Shown one piece after another: positions 49,350 to 60,800 of a stretch of 64,000 bases of DNA. The stretch comes from Candidatus Poribacteria bacterium. GTDB taxonomy: Bacteria; Poribacteria; WGA-4E; WGA-3G. Every line of letters starts with the position of its first letter. Position 1 is the first letter of the stretch. A program made the position numbers and the translations under genes. The notes beneath the pieces are model-generated. The model had not been told where the DNA came from. It saw nothing but the letters and a program-made list of their open reading frames with translations, and searched no databases. The stretch spans positions 448,001 to 512,000 of the forward strand of contig OZ243938.1 in assembly GCA_965214095.1 (NCBI GenBank), read 5' to 3'.

Positions 49350-49823
49350 ATGCATGAATCTGCTTCTCAATATCAATCAGATCCGAACCAGCAAATGCAA
49401 GCGTCCCCATCGCGTTCTTATACTGCTATGATATTGTCTGGCATAATACCAGGTTTGGGTCAGTTATATTTACATAGATTGATAAAAGCATTTATTATAT
49501 TTTTCCTGTTTTTGACAGGTGTGGTATTAATCTATCTCAATTCATATCCTGTAAGAGAATTGAGCGATCTTTTCAGATTTGAATCAGATGCCAGTAGTGG
49601 ATTTGTTGCCGGTGATAGTGATGATGAGACTGTTCAAAATGCTATTCAACTCTGGACATTTGATGATGGAAAGAGCTTGTGGTTTCGTCCGTCTATGATT
49701 CTGAAAGTTACTGCACTTATACAAATAATATTATGTTGGTTCTATGCAGTCTATGATGGTTGGCGTGTTGAACATGAAATAGACATTAGGACATATCAAA
49801 GAAACAGAACATCCGAGATTTAG
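49350..49823 (+). CDS. Hypothetical membrane protein
   Basis: S.IIPGLGQLY and WFYAVYD motifs. Confidence 0.6.
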   Translation: MHESASQYQSDPNQQMQASPSRSYTAMILSGIIPGLGQLYLHRLIKAFIIFFLFLTGVVLIYLNSYPVRELSDLFRFESDASSGFVAGDSDDETVQNAIQLWTFDDGKSLWFRPSMILKVTALIQIILCWFYAVYDGWRVEHEIDIRTYQRNRTSEI

Positions 49824-49973
49824 AACCTGTATAAGTTTGATATAAGCGAACTGAAGTATATTGTAGGTTGGGGTGAGGAATCTAACACAATATACAACTG
49901 CAGCACAGACTCAAATGAGACTGACCTCTGCGCGTTCATCCTATTACCAACTGCAAAAGTTGTTAAACCTAAT

Positions 49974-51317
49974 ATGTTTAGAACAAAACTAATATATACA
50001 TCACTCATATTATTTTGTTCATTGTCTGCACTCTTACTTGGATGTCAATCTGACGATTTCAGAGAGATAGAAGAATTGCTGGATAGTGGTGATGCACAAA
50101 CAGCATTAGAGAAATTGGAGGGTTATTTACAAACCGAACCGAAGAATCCCAAAATCCTTATGCTACTTGGCAAATCCTACAACGAATTGGGACGGTACAA
50201 TGAAGCAGTCCTGCAGTTTGAAAATGCCACAGAACTCTATGCATCAGAACCAGAAAAACTTAATGAAGCAAAGCTTGAATTAGCATATACTTATCTTCAT
50301 ATTGGAGATAGAGATTCGGCATTTCGTTTAGTTAAAGAAGTGCAAAAGCGCGCGAAAAACACCAAAATTATACAAAAATTCATCGAACTTGTAGGGGATA
50401 GCTACAAAACAAAACAACTAACGAATGGAGATTCCGACAACTATTCTCCTGTCTTTTCACCAGATGGGACACAACTTGCATTTGTGTCATTCCGTCTTGA
50501 CAATGGCGAAATCTATTTGATGGATTTGAATGGTCGAATTACACGACGGGTAACATATTCAACAGATTTTAATGACAATTCTCCTGCATTTCTTCATAAA
50601 CCTGATTATATTTTCTATAGTAGTGAACCTAAAGATACTCGTGAAATCAAACTTCTAATACAAAGTAGCGGATCAACCCCAATCTTCGCAGGTTTAAACC
50701 TAACCCATATCCACAGCAAAACTACAAGTAATGTAATCCCAAATAGTTTCGGTACTCGTGTACCACAATCTTCACGCGAAGGGAACAAGGTTGTCTACGA
50801 ATCAAATGTTGATGAGAACTTAGAATTATTTCTACTTGAATTAAGTGAACTTGATCTTACCCAATTCACTTCAAAACACATCACACCTAAACGTATTACC
50901 TATAATGATACGGATGAAGGTAGTCCAAGTTTCTTTCCTGATGGCAAACGAATTATTTTTGTGTCTTCACGGGACGAGGTGAACCAACTGTATACTATCA
51001 ATATAGACGGAAAAAATGAGAGGCATTTTAATCCAAACCGATTTGACAGCTATACTCCTTCAGTTTCTCCTGATGGAAAGACAATTGCATTTATGTCTGC
51101 AAGATATGGGGACTGGGAAATATATCTCGTTGATGTGAATGGTAAAAACGAAAGACAGATTACAAATGACATTGGAAGGTCAATACAACCTACATTCTCT
51201 CCCGATGGTCGCTATATTGCTTTTGTTTCGGATAGGAGTGATGCGTTTCATATCTATTTAATGGATTTGAATAAGCCTATCACACAACAAGATTTAGTGG
51301 AACGTCTACATCGCTAA
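49974..51317 (+). CDS. TPR + PD40 (TolB-like) lipoprotein
   Basis: LLGC lipobox, TPRs, and repeated P.FSPDG..IAF.S. Confidence 0.85.
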   Translation: MFRTKLIYTSLILFCSLSALLLGCQSDDFREIEELLDSGDAQTALEKLEGYLQTEPKNPKILMLLGKSYNELGRYNEAVLQFENATELYASEPEKLNEAKLELAYTYLHIGDRDSAFRLVKEVQKRAKNTKIIQKFIELVGDSYKTKQLTNGDSDNYSPVFSPDGTQLAFVSFRLDNGEIYLMDLNGRITRRVTYSTDFNDNSPAFLHKPDYIFYSSEPKDTREIKLLIQSSGSTPIFAGLNLTHIHSKTTSNVIPNSFGTRVPQSSREGNKVVYESNVDENLELFLLELSELDLTQFTSKHITPKRITYNDTDEGSPSFFPDGKRIIFVSSRDEVNQLYTINIDGKNERHFNPNRFDSYTPSVSPDGKTIAFMSARYGDWEIYLVDVNGKNERQITNDIGRSIQPTFSPDGRYIAFVSDRSDAFHIYLMDLNKPITQQDLVERLHR

Positions 51318-51367
51318 AGTCATGGATTTGTTTGAGATAATGTCTCGTTATTTTGAGGAGGTGAAAT

Positions 51368-52327
51368 ATGTATCGAGTAATAAAACCTGAAGGTTTTGGG
51401 AATATACAACTTGAGGAGGTAGAAACACCTGAAGTAAACGAAAATCAGATACGGGTTAAGACTGATACCACCCTAATTAGTCGTGGATCGGAACTTTTTA
51501 GACGATACATCCTTGAAGAAGCGGTTTCACCGTCAATCATGGGGTATTCGCTAACAGGCACTGTGGATGCTGTAGGTGAACAGGTTGTTGACTATGAACT
51601 TGGTGATAGAGTGATGGCAGTAGCACCGCATGCACAATATGTGGTAATGGAACCTAACCCGACAGATGGTAGAGTTGTTAAATTACCGACTGGAGTTTCT
51701 TTTGAAGCAGGGACATTTTTACCTCTGGCGACGAGTGCCGTTGCATGGGCAGATTCATCGGGTGTGAAGTCGGGTGACACCGTGGTTATTCTTGGACAGG
51801 GTTTAGTAGGTAGTTTGATGATGCAGGTTATCCGCAATTATTCACCTGAAAAGATAATTACTGTGGACGCGCTGGCTTTTCGTTGTGGGGTATCTGCTAA
51901 ACTCGGTGCTGATGTTTCTATCAACGCTGATGAGGAAGACCCTGTTCAGGCAGTGCGTCGCTTAACAGATGGCAAAGGGGCAGATTTGGTCATTGATTGT
52001 GTCGGTGGACATGCGGGTGTTAAGTCTTTTGAACAAGCACAAGATATGGTGCGGCAATTTGGTATAGTTCAACTTATCGCCCTGTACCAACAGAAACCAC
52101 TGCCATTACATTCATCTAAAATGATGAGCAAACGTTTAGTTGCAGGCACCCTAACAGATGAACCACGCGTCAATTTAGCGGCGCGCGCATTGCAAAAAAT
52201 ACAGGACAGAGAAATCCATACGGGTGATATGATTACACACCGTTTTGATTATACAGATGCAAAAGCAGCCTTTGATTTGTTGTGGAATACTCCGGGAGAT
52301 ACTCTTGGTGTATTGATTAAGTGGTAA
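51368..52327 (+). CDS. MDR/zinc-binding alcohol dehydrogenase family
   Basis: ISRGSE, GYS..G and GQGLVG motifs. Confidence 0.85.
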   Translation: MYRVIKPEGFGNIQLEEVETPEVNENQIRVKTDTTLISRGSELFRRYILEEAVSPSIMGYSLTGTVDAVGEQVVDYELGDRVMAVAPHAQYVVMEPNPTDGRVVKLPTGVSFEAGTFLPLATSAVAWADSSGVKSGDTVVILGQGLVGSLMMQVIRNYSPEKIITVDALAFRCGVSAKLGADVSINADEEDPVQAVRRLTDGKGADLVIDCVGGHAGVKSFEQAQDMVRQFGIVQLIALYQQKPLPLHSSKMMSKRLVAGTLTDEPRVNLAARALQKIQDREIHTGDMITHRFDYTDAKAAFDLLWNTPGDTLGVLIKW

Positions 52328-52479
52328 TGCCATTTTTAACTGATAACTTGTCATTATCAAAATAAGTGTTCGTAGTCGCGTAATTCATTGCGCCTCGGAC
52401 CTTCTCTGTCTTAGTTTGAGTTCACAATCTCATAGTGAACTATTTTTTATTAGAAATGGTATAAGGTAGATTCCAAGAT

Positions 52480-53052
52480 ATGAACAGAGACATTCCAACA
52501 GAGATAACCTTTGACGCTACATTATGTGGATACGATTTAACCTTTACGACAACATGGGGACTATTTTCACCAAAGACAATTGATGCTGGAACGCAACTAT
52601 TGATTGAGTATATGGAAATTAACAAAGGTGATACCTATCTTGATCTTGGATGCGGTTATGGTGTTATCGGTATTACGATGGCGAAATGTGCATCAAATGC
52701 AGAAGTCTATATGGTGGATAAGGATTTCATCGCCGTGGAGTATGCACAAAAAAATGCTAAACAGAACAATATACAGAATTGTCACGTTCAATTAAGCAAC
52801 GGATTTAGTCATCTTCCAGATACCCAATTTGATGTGATTGCATCTAATCTCCCTGCTAATGTTGGCAGAGAACTTATGCATATTTTTTTCTGTGACGCAA
52901 AACGGTATCTAAAACCTAATGGAAGAATATATGTAGTTACGATTTCCGGACTACGCGAATTTATCAAAAAAAATTTTATGGAAATATTCGGGAACTATTG
53001 CAAGATAAAACAACGAAAAACACATACGGTTGCAATGGCAACGAGAATGTAG
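52480..53052 (+). CDS. Class I SAM methyltransferase (RsmC/MTS-like)
   Basis: GLFS...IDAGT, LDLGCGYG and SNLP motifs. Confidence 0.85.
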   Translation: MNRDIPTEITFDATLCGYDLTFTTTWGLFSPKTIDAGTQLLIEYMEINKGDTYLDLGCGYGVIGITMAKCASNAEVYMVDKDFIAVEYAQKNAKQNNIQNCHVQLSNGFSHLPDTQFDVIASNLPANVGRELMHIFFCDAKRYLKPNGRIYVVTISGLREFIKKNFMEIFGNYCKIKQRKTHTVAMATRM

Positions 53053-53101
53053 AATCGTTCAAGAAAAATGTGCTTTAAAATACAAAAATGGAGAATTCAT
53101 C

Positions 53102-54595
53102 GTGAAATTATTACGGATAATCACACTATATTTCATAATGCTTTTTACAATATCCTCATTCTGTGTAGCAGTGGAGCGTGAAAAGGTGGAAACAGACAAG
53201 GATTCGAAATATCCTCAAGAACATTGGTATAACTTAACCATGATGGGTATGAAAATTGGGTATGTTCATCAATTTATTGACGAAACAGTTTACCAAGGTG
53301 AGCAGATGCTTCGGACAAAAACAGACATGGTAATGCAATTTAAAGGGGGTGGAAACGACCTTCGAGTGGAGAACAACAGAATAGAATATTCTGATGCGAA
53401 ATTCATGCCGCGTTACTTTGTCATGACTTCTAATGAATCTGGTGAGAAGCGGGTTGAAGGCAAGATAATTGATGGTGTGGCTTACATCACAACAACATTA
53501 AATGGCGAAGAAACGGAAGCAGAAGTTGCTATTCCTCCAAATACAATTTCAGATGCTGCCGCAGTCGATAATCTACTTTCCCAGAACCGATTGAAAGCAG
53601 GGGAGCACCTGGCATATCAAACATTCAATTTGGACATACAAGAGATAGTTAATTGTGAATTGAGTGTAATAGAAGAATCAGAATTATCATATCAGTCTGA
53701 AGATAAGCAGGTTTATGTAATTGATACAAAAGTTGATATGTTGGGTGGAATTACCATTCGTTTAATGGTTGATCGTGAAGGAATAACTTACAAATTCACT
53801 ACTGAAATGTCTGGGTTATCCGTTGTCGCAACGAAAACTGATAGAAAAATCGCACTTGGTGAAATTGAAGAATTGGATATCGTGCTGCGGACTCGTATTA
53901 TTCCCTCTGGAAAGAATCCGAGAAAAGGTGCAAATCAGTTCATTGCCAAAGTTCAACATTCTGAAGGTAGTCTGACAGATATTATCATGTCAAATGATCA
54001 ACAAACACTCAAACTGGATACTGAAATGGCAGGCACTCTTCAGATTGAGATGGCTGAGGTAGATGAAGAAAAATCTCCTGAACTACCCATTCAAAGTCCT
54101 GAACTTGAAAAATATCTATCATCAACAGTATTTATAGAGTCAGATCATCCAGATATTCATGCACAGGCATTGAGAATATTAGATGGAGAAACGAATTCAT
54201 GGCGTGCAGCAAAGAAGTTAAGCAGATGGGTCTATAAATCCATAGATGAAAAAGGTTTAAGTGGTGGCTACAGTTCATCACTGACAACGTTAAAAACTCT
54301 TTCAGGCGATTGCACAGAGCATACTGTTCTACTGATAGCACTAGCTCGTTCTGTTGGTATTCCTGCACGAATATGCGCTGGACTTGTTTATGCAAGAGAC
54401 GCATTTTATTATCACTTTTGGCCTGAAGTGTATGTGGGTGAATGGGTTCAAATGGATCCAACTTTTGGGCAAGTGATTGCTGATGCTAATCACATACTAC
54501 TCCAAGGTGGTATGCTTGAATCCGGTACGATGGTTGAGTATACTGAAGGTGTATACAAAACTCTGAATCAACTTGAAATTGATATTTTAGAATGA
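53102..54595 (+). CDS. Secreted transglutaminase-like protein
   Basis: GDCTEH, HFWPE and MDPT triad; GTG start after GGAG. Confidence 0.85.
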   Translation: MKLLRIITLYFIMLFTISSFCVAVEREKVETDKDSKYPQEHWYNLTMMGMKIGYVHQFIDETVYQGEQMLRTKTDMVMQFKGGGNDLRVENNRIEYSDAKFMPRYFVMTSNESGEKRVEGKIIDGVAYITTTLNGEETEAEVAIPPNTISDAAAVDNLLSQNRLKAGEHLAYQTFNLDIQEIVNCELSVIEESELSYQSEDKQVYVIDTKVDMLGGITIRLMVDREGITYKFTTEMSGLSVVATKTDRKIALGEIEELDIVLRTRIIPSGKNPRKGANQFIAKVQHSEGSLTDIIMSNDQQTLKLDTEMAGTLQIEMAEVDEEKSPELPIQSPELEKYLSSTVFIESDHPDIHAQALRILDGETNSWRAAKKLSRWVYKSIDEKGLSGGYSSSLTTLKTLSGDCTEHTVLLIALARSVGIPARICAGLVYARDAFYYHFWPEVYVGEWVQMDPTFGQVIADANHILLQGGMLESGTMVEYTEGVYKTLNQLEIDILE

Positions 54596-54653
54596 GAAAT
54601 TAATCTTGCGTAAATCTAAATTGGAATCCGTATCAAGTAGGAGATAATATCGA

Positions 54654-56735
54654 TTGGCATTTCTCAATCCACTGTTTCTCTTAGGTTTATTCGCTGCTGC
54701 AGTGCCTTTGCTCATACATCTTTGGAGCCGTCGTCAGGCGGTAACCGTAGATTTTAGTAGCATCATGTTTTTGGTGGCTGCGCATCGTCAAAATGTGCGG
54801 CGTGTGCAGCTCAAGCAGCTTCTAATTCTTCTTCTACGCATGCTAATTATTGCCTTGATTGCACTGGCATTGGCGCGTCCCTTTCTCACGCTCGGATTAC
54901 CGCTCGCAGCAGTACGGGCCAAGACTGATGTAGTCATCGTGTTAGACAATTCTTATAGCATGCAATATGAAGATGTGGATGGTGTCTGGTTTGAAAAAGG
55001 TAAGAATGTCGCATCGGATGTGTTGCGTTCATTAAGACACGGGGACTCTGCATCACTCATATTGATGTCTGATATTCCACAACCTGTTTTTCGTCAACTC
55101 ACACCGGACATAGACAGTGTAATTACTGCAATCCAAAATGCTAAAGCATCCTTTCGAGCAACGAGTGTACAACCGAGCATTGAACTCGCACACGAGATTC
55201 TCTCTGAATCTAAACAACAGAACAAAGAAATTTACATAGTATCAGATTTTGCTAACAATGGTTGGGATGGATGGGGTGTTCTTCCTAACCGCTCAGGCTC
55301 ACGAATTGTATTACTTCCGATTAGGAAGAGTGTTTCACATAATACTTATGTTGAAGAAATAACACCTTCACATCAACTAATCGGTGTTGAATTGCCATTT
55401 CATCTTAATACTACGATATACAATCAATCTGATACACCGATAGCAGAAACGACATTGACTTATGTTGTAGATGATCAAAAAAAGAAAACACAGACCTTAT
55501 CTGTTGACGCAAATGAATCCATAATGACAAAGATGACACATACTTTTTCAAATCCAGGAACGCATACGGGTTTCTTTGAGTTGACTGATGATCGGTTGAA
55601 TACCGACAATCGTAGGTATTTTGCTTATGAGGCATTGGGTGAGATTCGGGTGCTTGTTGTGAGTGAACAGGCAGAATACCTATCCTTGGCTCTTAATCCT
55701 TTAGCTATTAAACAGACAACGGGAGCACTCGTAAAGTCATCAATGATACAACCGAGTAATTGCACGCCAGAGGTTTTTGAAACATATCCGCTTCAGGACT
55801 TTGACATCGTTCTCATTGCGGATATTTCTAAGTTGTCCTCAGAATCAGATGTGCAGTTACGCGAGTTTATCCGACAGGGAAAGCATGTGATTGCATTTGC
55901 ATCAGATACCAGTAATAAATCGTGGCTGCCAGTTCAGTTCGGTCAATCTATGACATGGCAAATACCGCAAAAAGTCAGTAAATATGATGAGACACATCCT
56001 ATTTTTGAGATTTTTCCTGATAACGTCCTTTCGGGACAATACGGTCCGCAGTTTTACCAGAGTATGTCTGTAACCCAAGCTTCCGAGAAGACAATAATTG
56101 CGCGCTATGGTGATGATACTCCATTCCTAATTCAGAGTCGCGTTGGAAGTAGCCATATATTGCTGTTCAACTGTAGTCTACAACAACAAAACAGTAGTAA
56201 CGAATTTCTTGTAAATCCTTATTTTTTGCCACTCATCCAACAGTGTGTACTTTTTGTCATGCATAATGCTGCACAAAAGAACATCACCATTGGAGATACA
56301 TATAATGCAAGTTTTCCTCAAAATCCGGGAGGACGTGCTTGGATAAAACGTCTTGATTCTAATGAATCCGATGCGATGACTGCAGTGCCAATTTCCGAAG
56401 ATGGCACGATGCGCTATGAATTAGCTAAAGAACCGGGAATCTATCAAGTAGAGGTAAAGACACAAGATAGATTGTACAGAGATTTCTTTGCAGTGAATAC
56501 ACCTGCAGCTGAAGCGGATTTGACACCAATATCATTCCAACAAGCATCTCAACGCGTTGATGCACAAACTGAGATCACGCCTGAAACCGGAGTGTTGGAT
56601 ACAGAAGAATTAGACATCAGAAGGCATGGCAGAGAAATTTGGGGAGAATTGCTAATTATCACCGTCTGTCTATTGCTCCTTGAAGGTTTCTTATCTAACC
56701 GGGCAAGTAAGTCTACGCCGAGTGAAGCATCATGA
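54654..56735 (+). CDS. BatA/VWA domain membrane protein
   Basis: FLNP..L..L....P.LIH, LLR.L...L..LALARP, DNSYSM MIDAS motif, and a C-terminal TM helix. Confidence 0.88.
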   Translation: MAFLNPLFLLGLFAAAVPLLIHLWSRRQAVTVDFSSIMFLVAAHRQNVRRVQLKQLLILLLRMLIIALIALALARPFLTLGLPLAAVRAKTDVVIVLDNSYSMQYEDVDGVWFEKGKNVASDVLRSLRHGDSASLILMSDIPQPVFRQLTPDIDSVITAIQNAKASFRATSVQPSIELAHEILSESKQQNKEIYIVSDFANNGWDGWGVLPNRSGSRIVLLPIRKSVSHNTYVEEITPSHQLIGVELPFHLNTTIYNQSDTPIAETTLTYVVDDQKKKTQTLSVDANESIMTKMTHTFSNPGTHTGFFELTDDRLNTDNRRYFAYEALGEIRVLVVSEQAEYLSLALNPLAIKQTTGALVKSSMIQPSNCTPEVFETYPLQDFDIVLIADISKLSSESDVQLREFIRQGKHVIAFASDTSNKSWLPVQFGQSMTWQIPQKVSKYDETHPIFEIFPDNVLSGQYGPQFYQSMSVTQASEKTIIARYGDDTPFLIQSRVGSSHILLFNCSLQQQNSSNEFLVNPYFLPLIQQCVLFVMHNAAQKNITIGDTYNASFPQNPGGRAWIKRLDSNESDAMTAVPISEDGTMRYELAKEPGIYQVEVKTQDRLYRDFFAVNTPAAEADLTPISFQQASQRVDAQTEITPETGVLDTEELDIRRHGREIWGELLIITVCLLLLEGFLSNRASKSTPSEAS

Positions 56736-58720
56736 AAACTCCATTCCTATCCACTTCCGCCAATGTTTTTGGGGTACATAGATTGACTTATGGGACTGTC
56801 GTTAAAGGAATGTTCATCAGCCTCATAGCATGTTTATTATTCCTACTGATTGGACAGTCGGTATACGGCAATCAGGCGCGGACGGTCAAGAGTATTGTTA
56901 TCAGAGAAAAGAATACCTATTCAATATCAAATGAAAAGCACATGCTACAGTTAATGCAGACAAAAGTTGGTAGTGATTTTGATGAAAACGTCTTGGAACA
57001 GGATCTCTCCACTATCGTCCGCTATTTTAAGAATAAAGGATATACTTATGCACGAATTGATAAGACAGGTGAATCTGTTAAACTTGTTGATAATGAAATT
57101 CATATTGGTATTGTGATTGATAAAGGTGTTGTTGGAGAAATCACACTTGAGGGAAACCGAAAAACACATGATGCTGTAATTCTGCAAGAACTCCTCTTCA
57201 AAACTGGCGAAATATATACGAAGGATGATAGAGAAGAAAGCGAAAGAATTATTCGTCAAAAGAGGTATATTAGTGACGCACATATAGACTCCTCTTGGGA
57301 TGAGGAGTTGGAAGCCGTAAAAATAAGTGTAAGTGTTACTGAAAATTGGTCTATTACAGGCGCAATTGATGTTCCTATAGGTAGGAATAGTTCAACGTTT
57401 CTATTGAATATTCAAGAGACTAATCTCAACGGTTCTGGTCATGGCACACAATTGCGATATGAACGGATCAATGAAATCGATGAACAAGCACGTAGTTATT
57501 TTAAATGGCAGTACAAGATGCCGCGCTTATTCAGTTCATATTGGAACATTGATGGTGAATATATACAAAAGCGCGAAGGTGACTCATGGGTCGTTTCATT
57601 AGATAGACCGCAATATACATTGAAGAGTCGTTGGAGTACAAGGTTTGTCCTTTCCGAAGGTGTGGATCGGGTGAGGTGGTATGAAGCAGGTGAGAAAACA
57701 GCAACCTTCAATCGAAATGTCCAAATTGGTTCAGGAGATATGATGCGATATTTTGGTGAAAGGCATCAGCAGATATATACTGGACTATGGATACGTTCTC
57801 AAAGATCGAGATATGTTGCAGTGGAAAGATTGGAAGATTCTACAGCAACACCGTTAGACAGAAATATCAACAGAATCGGCATTATTGTAGGACGTAAAAG
57901 AGTCTACCACCGAAAAACAAGATTTCTCAAAATGATGGGACCCGTTGAAGACTTTAATACTGGTGCTGAATACAATGTCTCCTATGGGTACGCAACTCCT
58001 TGGTATGGATCAGATAGGAAAGAGTCAATATTTGGCACAGCAGCGCGGTCAGGATGGACAATAGGAGATAAATTCTTAAGTGAGACTATTGTCGGTATCC
58101 GTTCAATCTTCACTGATCGGTTTGAACGTTCTGTGCTACAGGCACATACCACGCTGTTTTTTAAAGATACATTTAACTCAGGTGATGATATCTATACGGT
58201 AGCAAAAGGGTATCGTAAGAATGGTCTTTTTGACTTTTACCACTCATTTGTTGTTCAATTTAAGACAGAGATGCAGTTTGGATTGAGCGGCGAAAGTCAA
58301 GTTATCCTTGGCTCGTTCAGCGGGTTAAGAGGCTATGATTATCGACAGTTTAGTGGTGAAAAAATGATGTTACTCAGATTGGAATCCCGCACTATTTTTG
58401 GCGGTATGGTTTTTGAGAAAATTGACGATGCAGTTGCCACAGTAGTAACATTTATTGCCAGTCCATTTGTCAAAGGTCCGATCCGACTTGGACTTGTGTT
58501 GGGTGGAACCATCTTTGCTGATGTCGGCTATATTTGGAATGGGACACGGACATTTGATATCCTTGAACCGAAGCGGAGTGTTGGCTTTGAACTACGGGGT
58601 GGTCTTTCAAGAGTTAGTAATGCGGGTGTTTTTCGACTTGAACTCGCATTCCCACTGGATCCTCCATTCTCTCCTTCCCTGAAACCGAAGTTTGATTTTG
58701 GGTTTATGCGAGCGTTTTAA
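56732..58720 (+). CDS. POTRA + Omp85 (BamA/TamA) family outer-membrane protein
   Basis: POTRA motifs (Y.N.GY, EGN.KT), GLRGY, FADVG and a C-terminal F. Confidence 0.8.
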   Translation: MKTPFLSTSANVFGVHRLTYGTVVKGMFISLIACLLFLLIGQSVYGNQARTVKSIVIREKNTYSISNEKHMLQLMQTKVGSDFDENVLEQDLSTIVRYFKNKGYTYARIDKTGESVKLVDNEIHIGIVIDKGVVGEITLEGNRKTHDAVILQELLFKTGEIYTKDDREESERIIRQKRYISDAHIDSSWDEELEAVKISVSVTENWSITGAIDVPIGRNSSTFLLNIQETNLNGSGHGTQLRYERINEIDEQARSYFKWQYKMPRLFSSYWNIDGEYIQKREGDSWVVSLDRPQYTLKSRWSTRFVLSEGVDRVRWYEAGEKTATFNRNVQIGSGDMMRYFGERHQQIYTGLWIRSQRSRYVAVERLEDSTATPLDRNINRIGIIVGRKRVYHRKTRFLKMMGPVEDFNTGAEYNVSYGYATPWYGSDRKESIFGTAARSGWTIGDKFLSETIVGIRSIFTDRFERSVLQAHTTLFFKDTFNSGDDIYTVAKGYRKNGLFDFYHSFVVQFKTEMQFGLSGESQVILGSFSGLRGYDYRQFSGEKMMLLRLESRTIFGGMVFEKIDDAVATVVTFIASPFVKGPIRLGLVLGGTIFADVGYIWNGTRTFDILEPKRSVGFELRGGLSRVSNAGVFRLELAFPLDPPFSPSLKPKFDFGFMRAF

Positions 58721-58741
58721 GAAATATGGAATTATACAGTT

Positions 58742-60649
58742 ATGGATAAACCTTCACATCCGATAACTGAGAACATCACATGGCGTGCCATTGTTTTAGG
58801 GCTGCTTTCGCTTCCGCTCAATATCTATCTTGTTGTTCAAACTGAGACCGTATGGACAACACAATATCCCACCACGATGGCGATCCTCTTCAATGCCATC
58901 TTTACGCTCTTCTTTATTGCTATCTGTAACCTACTTCTCACCCGTTTTACACCAAAATGGCAGCTGACACAAGCAGAAATGTTGACGGTCTACCTGATGG
59001 TGACGTTGGCATGCGTTGTTTGTGGTCATGATCTATTACAGGCAACGATGTGTATTCTTGGACATGCAAGTTGGTTCGCCACACCTGAAAACGAATGGCA
59101 ATCGCTGTTTTTCCGATACATTCCTGATTGGATTGCTGTGATGGATCGACGTGCCTTAACAGGTTATTATGAAGGCACTTCAACTCTGTTTGAGTTGGCT
59201 CATATACGCGCTTGGTTGACACCTGTGCTGTTCTGGACGCTCTTCTTCTCGGCACTTGCCTTTTCTATGATGATGTTAAGTGCTATTCTAAGGAAGCAGT
59301 GGATTGAACATGAAAAATTGAGTTATCCAATAATCCTACTGCCTTTTGAAATGACCAAAGGACCAACATTCTATCGAAATAAACTTCTATGGGTCGGTTT
59401 TGGTATTGGATTTGGACTAGACTTACTGAATGGCATGAATTTCCTTTTTCCAAATATACCTGCAATCCCTATTCGCCACGATATTGGAGGGATGTTCACA
59501 GAGAAGCCACTCAATGCAATCGGGTCAACGCCGATCCATCTGAATCCCTACGCCATCGGTATCGGCTTCTTGATGCCACTGGATTTGTCGTTATCGTGTT
59601 GGTTATTTTATCTGTTCTGGAAGATGCAGCTTGTGTTCGGTTCAATGACAGGACTCAATCAAACACCCGGTTATCCTCACATTGACATGCAATCACTTGG
59701 TGCGTATTTTGGTCTTTGTTTCTTTGCGCTTTGGATTACGCATAAGCATTTATGGAAAGTGTTTCGCAATATCATTGGTGTCCAGACAAACATAAATGCT
59801 GAAGGAGAACCGATAGGATATCGCACTGCGTTTTTTGGGTTTTTGATTAGCATTGCCGTTGTATTTGGATTCTGCCTTAAAGCAGGGATGTCGTGGTGGG
59901 GAATACTCGGTTTCTTTAGTGTTCACTTCATATTGGTCTTAGCGTTCACACGGATGCGTGCTGAACTTGGCACACCAACAATGGATTTCTATCGTGCGGG
60001 TCCAGGTTTTTTCCTTACTTCACTCTTTGGTTCAAGAAAGATTGGTGCACAGACACTAACTGGATTCTCATTCCTATATGGGTTCACACGTAACTACCGG
60101 TCACAACCAATGCCGAATCAGTTGGAAGGATTCAAACTTGCGGACAAAGGTGCAATCAACAGTCGTCAGCTGCTGTGGGTCATGTGGGGTGCAACTGTCG
60201 TTGGTCTAATGATCGGTTTTGTTGCATTCCTGCATGCAGGTTATAAACATGGTAGTTTAGGCACGTGGCGTGGACAAGAGGCATTCAGTGACTTGCAACG
60301 TTGGTTGACACTGCCAAGTGATACGGAGTGGCGGCATATCGGTTTCTTTGGGTTTGGTATTGTCCTAACGCTCTGTACATTATTTATGCGGTTGCGGTTT
60401 ATCTGGTGGCAACTGCATCCGCTTGCTTACCCGCTTGCAGGAAACTGGAACTTCGGCAGACTTTGGTTTCCAGTTTTTCTTGCTTGGTTGATAAAGACCG
60501 TATTAGTACGTCACGGTGGCATTGGTGCTTATCGTAAGGCACTCCCTCTATTTTTCGGTGCAATGCTCGGTGAATTCGTTATGGGTAGCCTATGGGCAAT
60601 TTTAGGTCTGTCAACAGGACAAAGGATGTACTCCTTCAAGCATTGGTGA
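58742..60649 (+). CDS. Polytopic membrane protein, DUF6785/DUF6784 (OPT-like peptide transporter)
   Basis: E.L.YPI..LP, RMRAELG, WWQLHP.AY and FFG.MLGE motifs. Confidence 0.7.
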   Translation: MDKPSHPITENITWRAIVLGLLSLPLNIYLVVQTETVWTTQYPTTMAILFNAIFTLFFIAICNLLLTRFTPKWQLTQAEMLTVYLMVTLACVVCGHDLLQATMCILGHASWFATPENEWQSLFFRYIPDWIAVMDRRALTGYYEGTSTLFELAHIRAWLTPVLFWTLFFSALAFSMMMLSAILRKQWIEHEKLSYPIILLPFEMTKGPTFYRNKLLWVGFGIGFGLDLLNGMNFLFPNIPAIPIRHDIGGMFTEKPLNAIGSTPIHLNPYAIGIGFLMPLDLSLSCWLFYLFWKMQLVFGSMTGLNQTPGYPHIDMQSLGAYFGLCFFALWITHKHLWKVFRNIIGVQTNINAEGEPIGYRTAFFGFLISIAVVFGFCLKAGMSWWGILGFFSVHFILVLAFTRMRAELGTPTMDFYRAGPGFFLTSLFGSRKIGAQTLTGFSFLYGFTRNYRSQPMPNQLEGFKLADKGAINSRQLLWVMWGATVVGLMIGFVAFLHAGYKHGSLGTWRGQEAFSDLQRWLTLPSDTEWRHIGFFGFGIVLTLCTLFMRLRFIWWQLHPLAYPLAGNWNFGRLWFPVFLAWLIKTVLVRHGGIGAYRKALPLFFGAMLGEFVMGSLWAILGLSTGQRMYSFKHW

Positions 60650-60668
60650 TGTAAAATACCCTTGGGTG

Positions 60669-60800
60669 TTAGGTGCTTATCAGAAACTGTCCTTGTGCTA
60701 TGATAAACTTAATTCGCTCCTGTGTGTCCTGCCCTAACCGCCTGATGAAATTCTCTACCTTTCTTGGAAGGGGTGCAAGTGTGTATGGTCGAAAGTTCAA
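60669..60800 (-). pseudogene. Truncated RelE/ParE-like toxin remnant
   Basis: TTG overlapping the upstream TGA gives MNFRPYTLAPLPRKVENFIRRLGQDTQERIK and stops after 43 aa. Confidence 0.45.
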
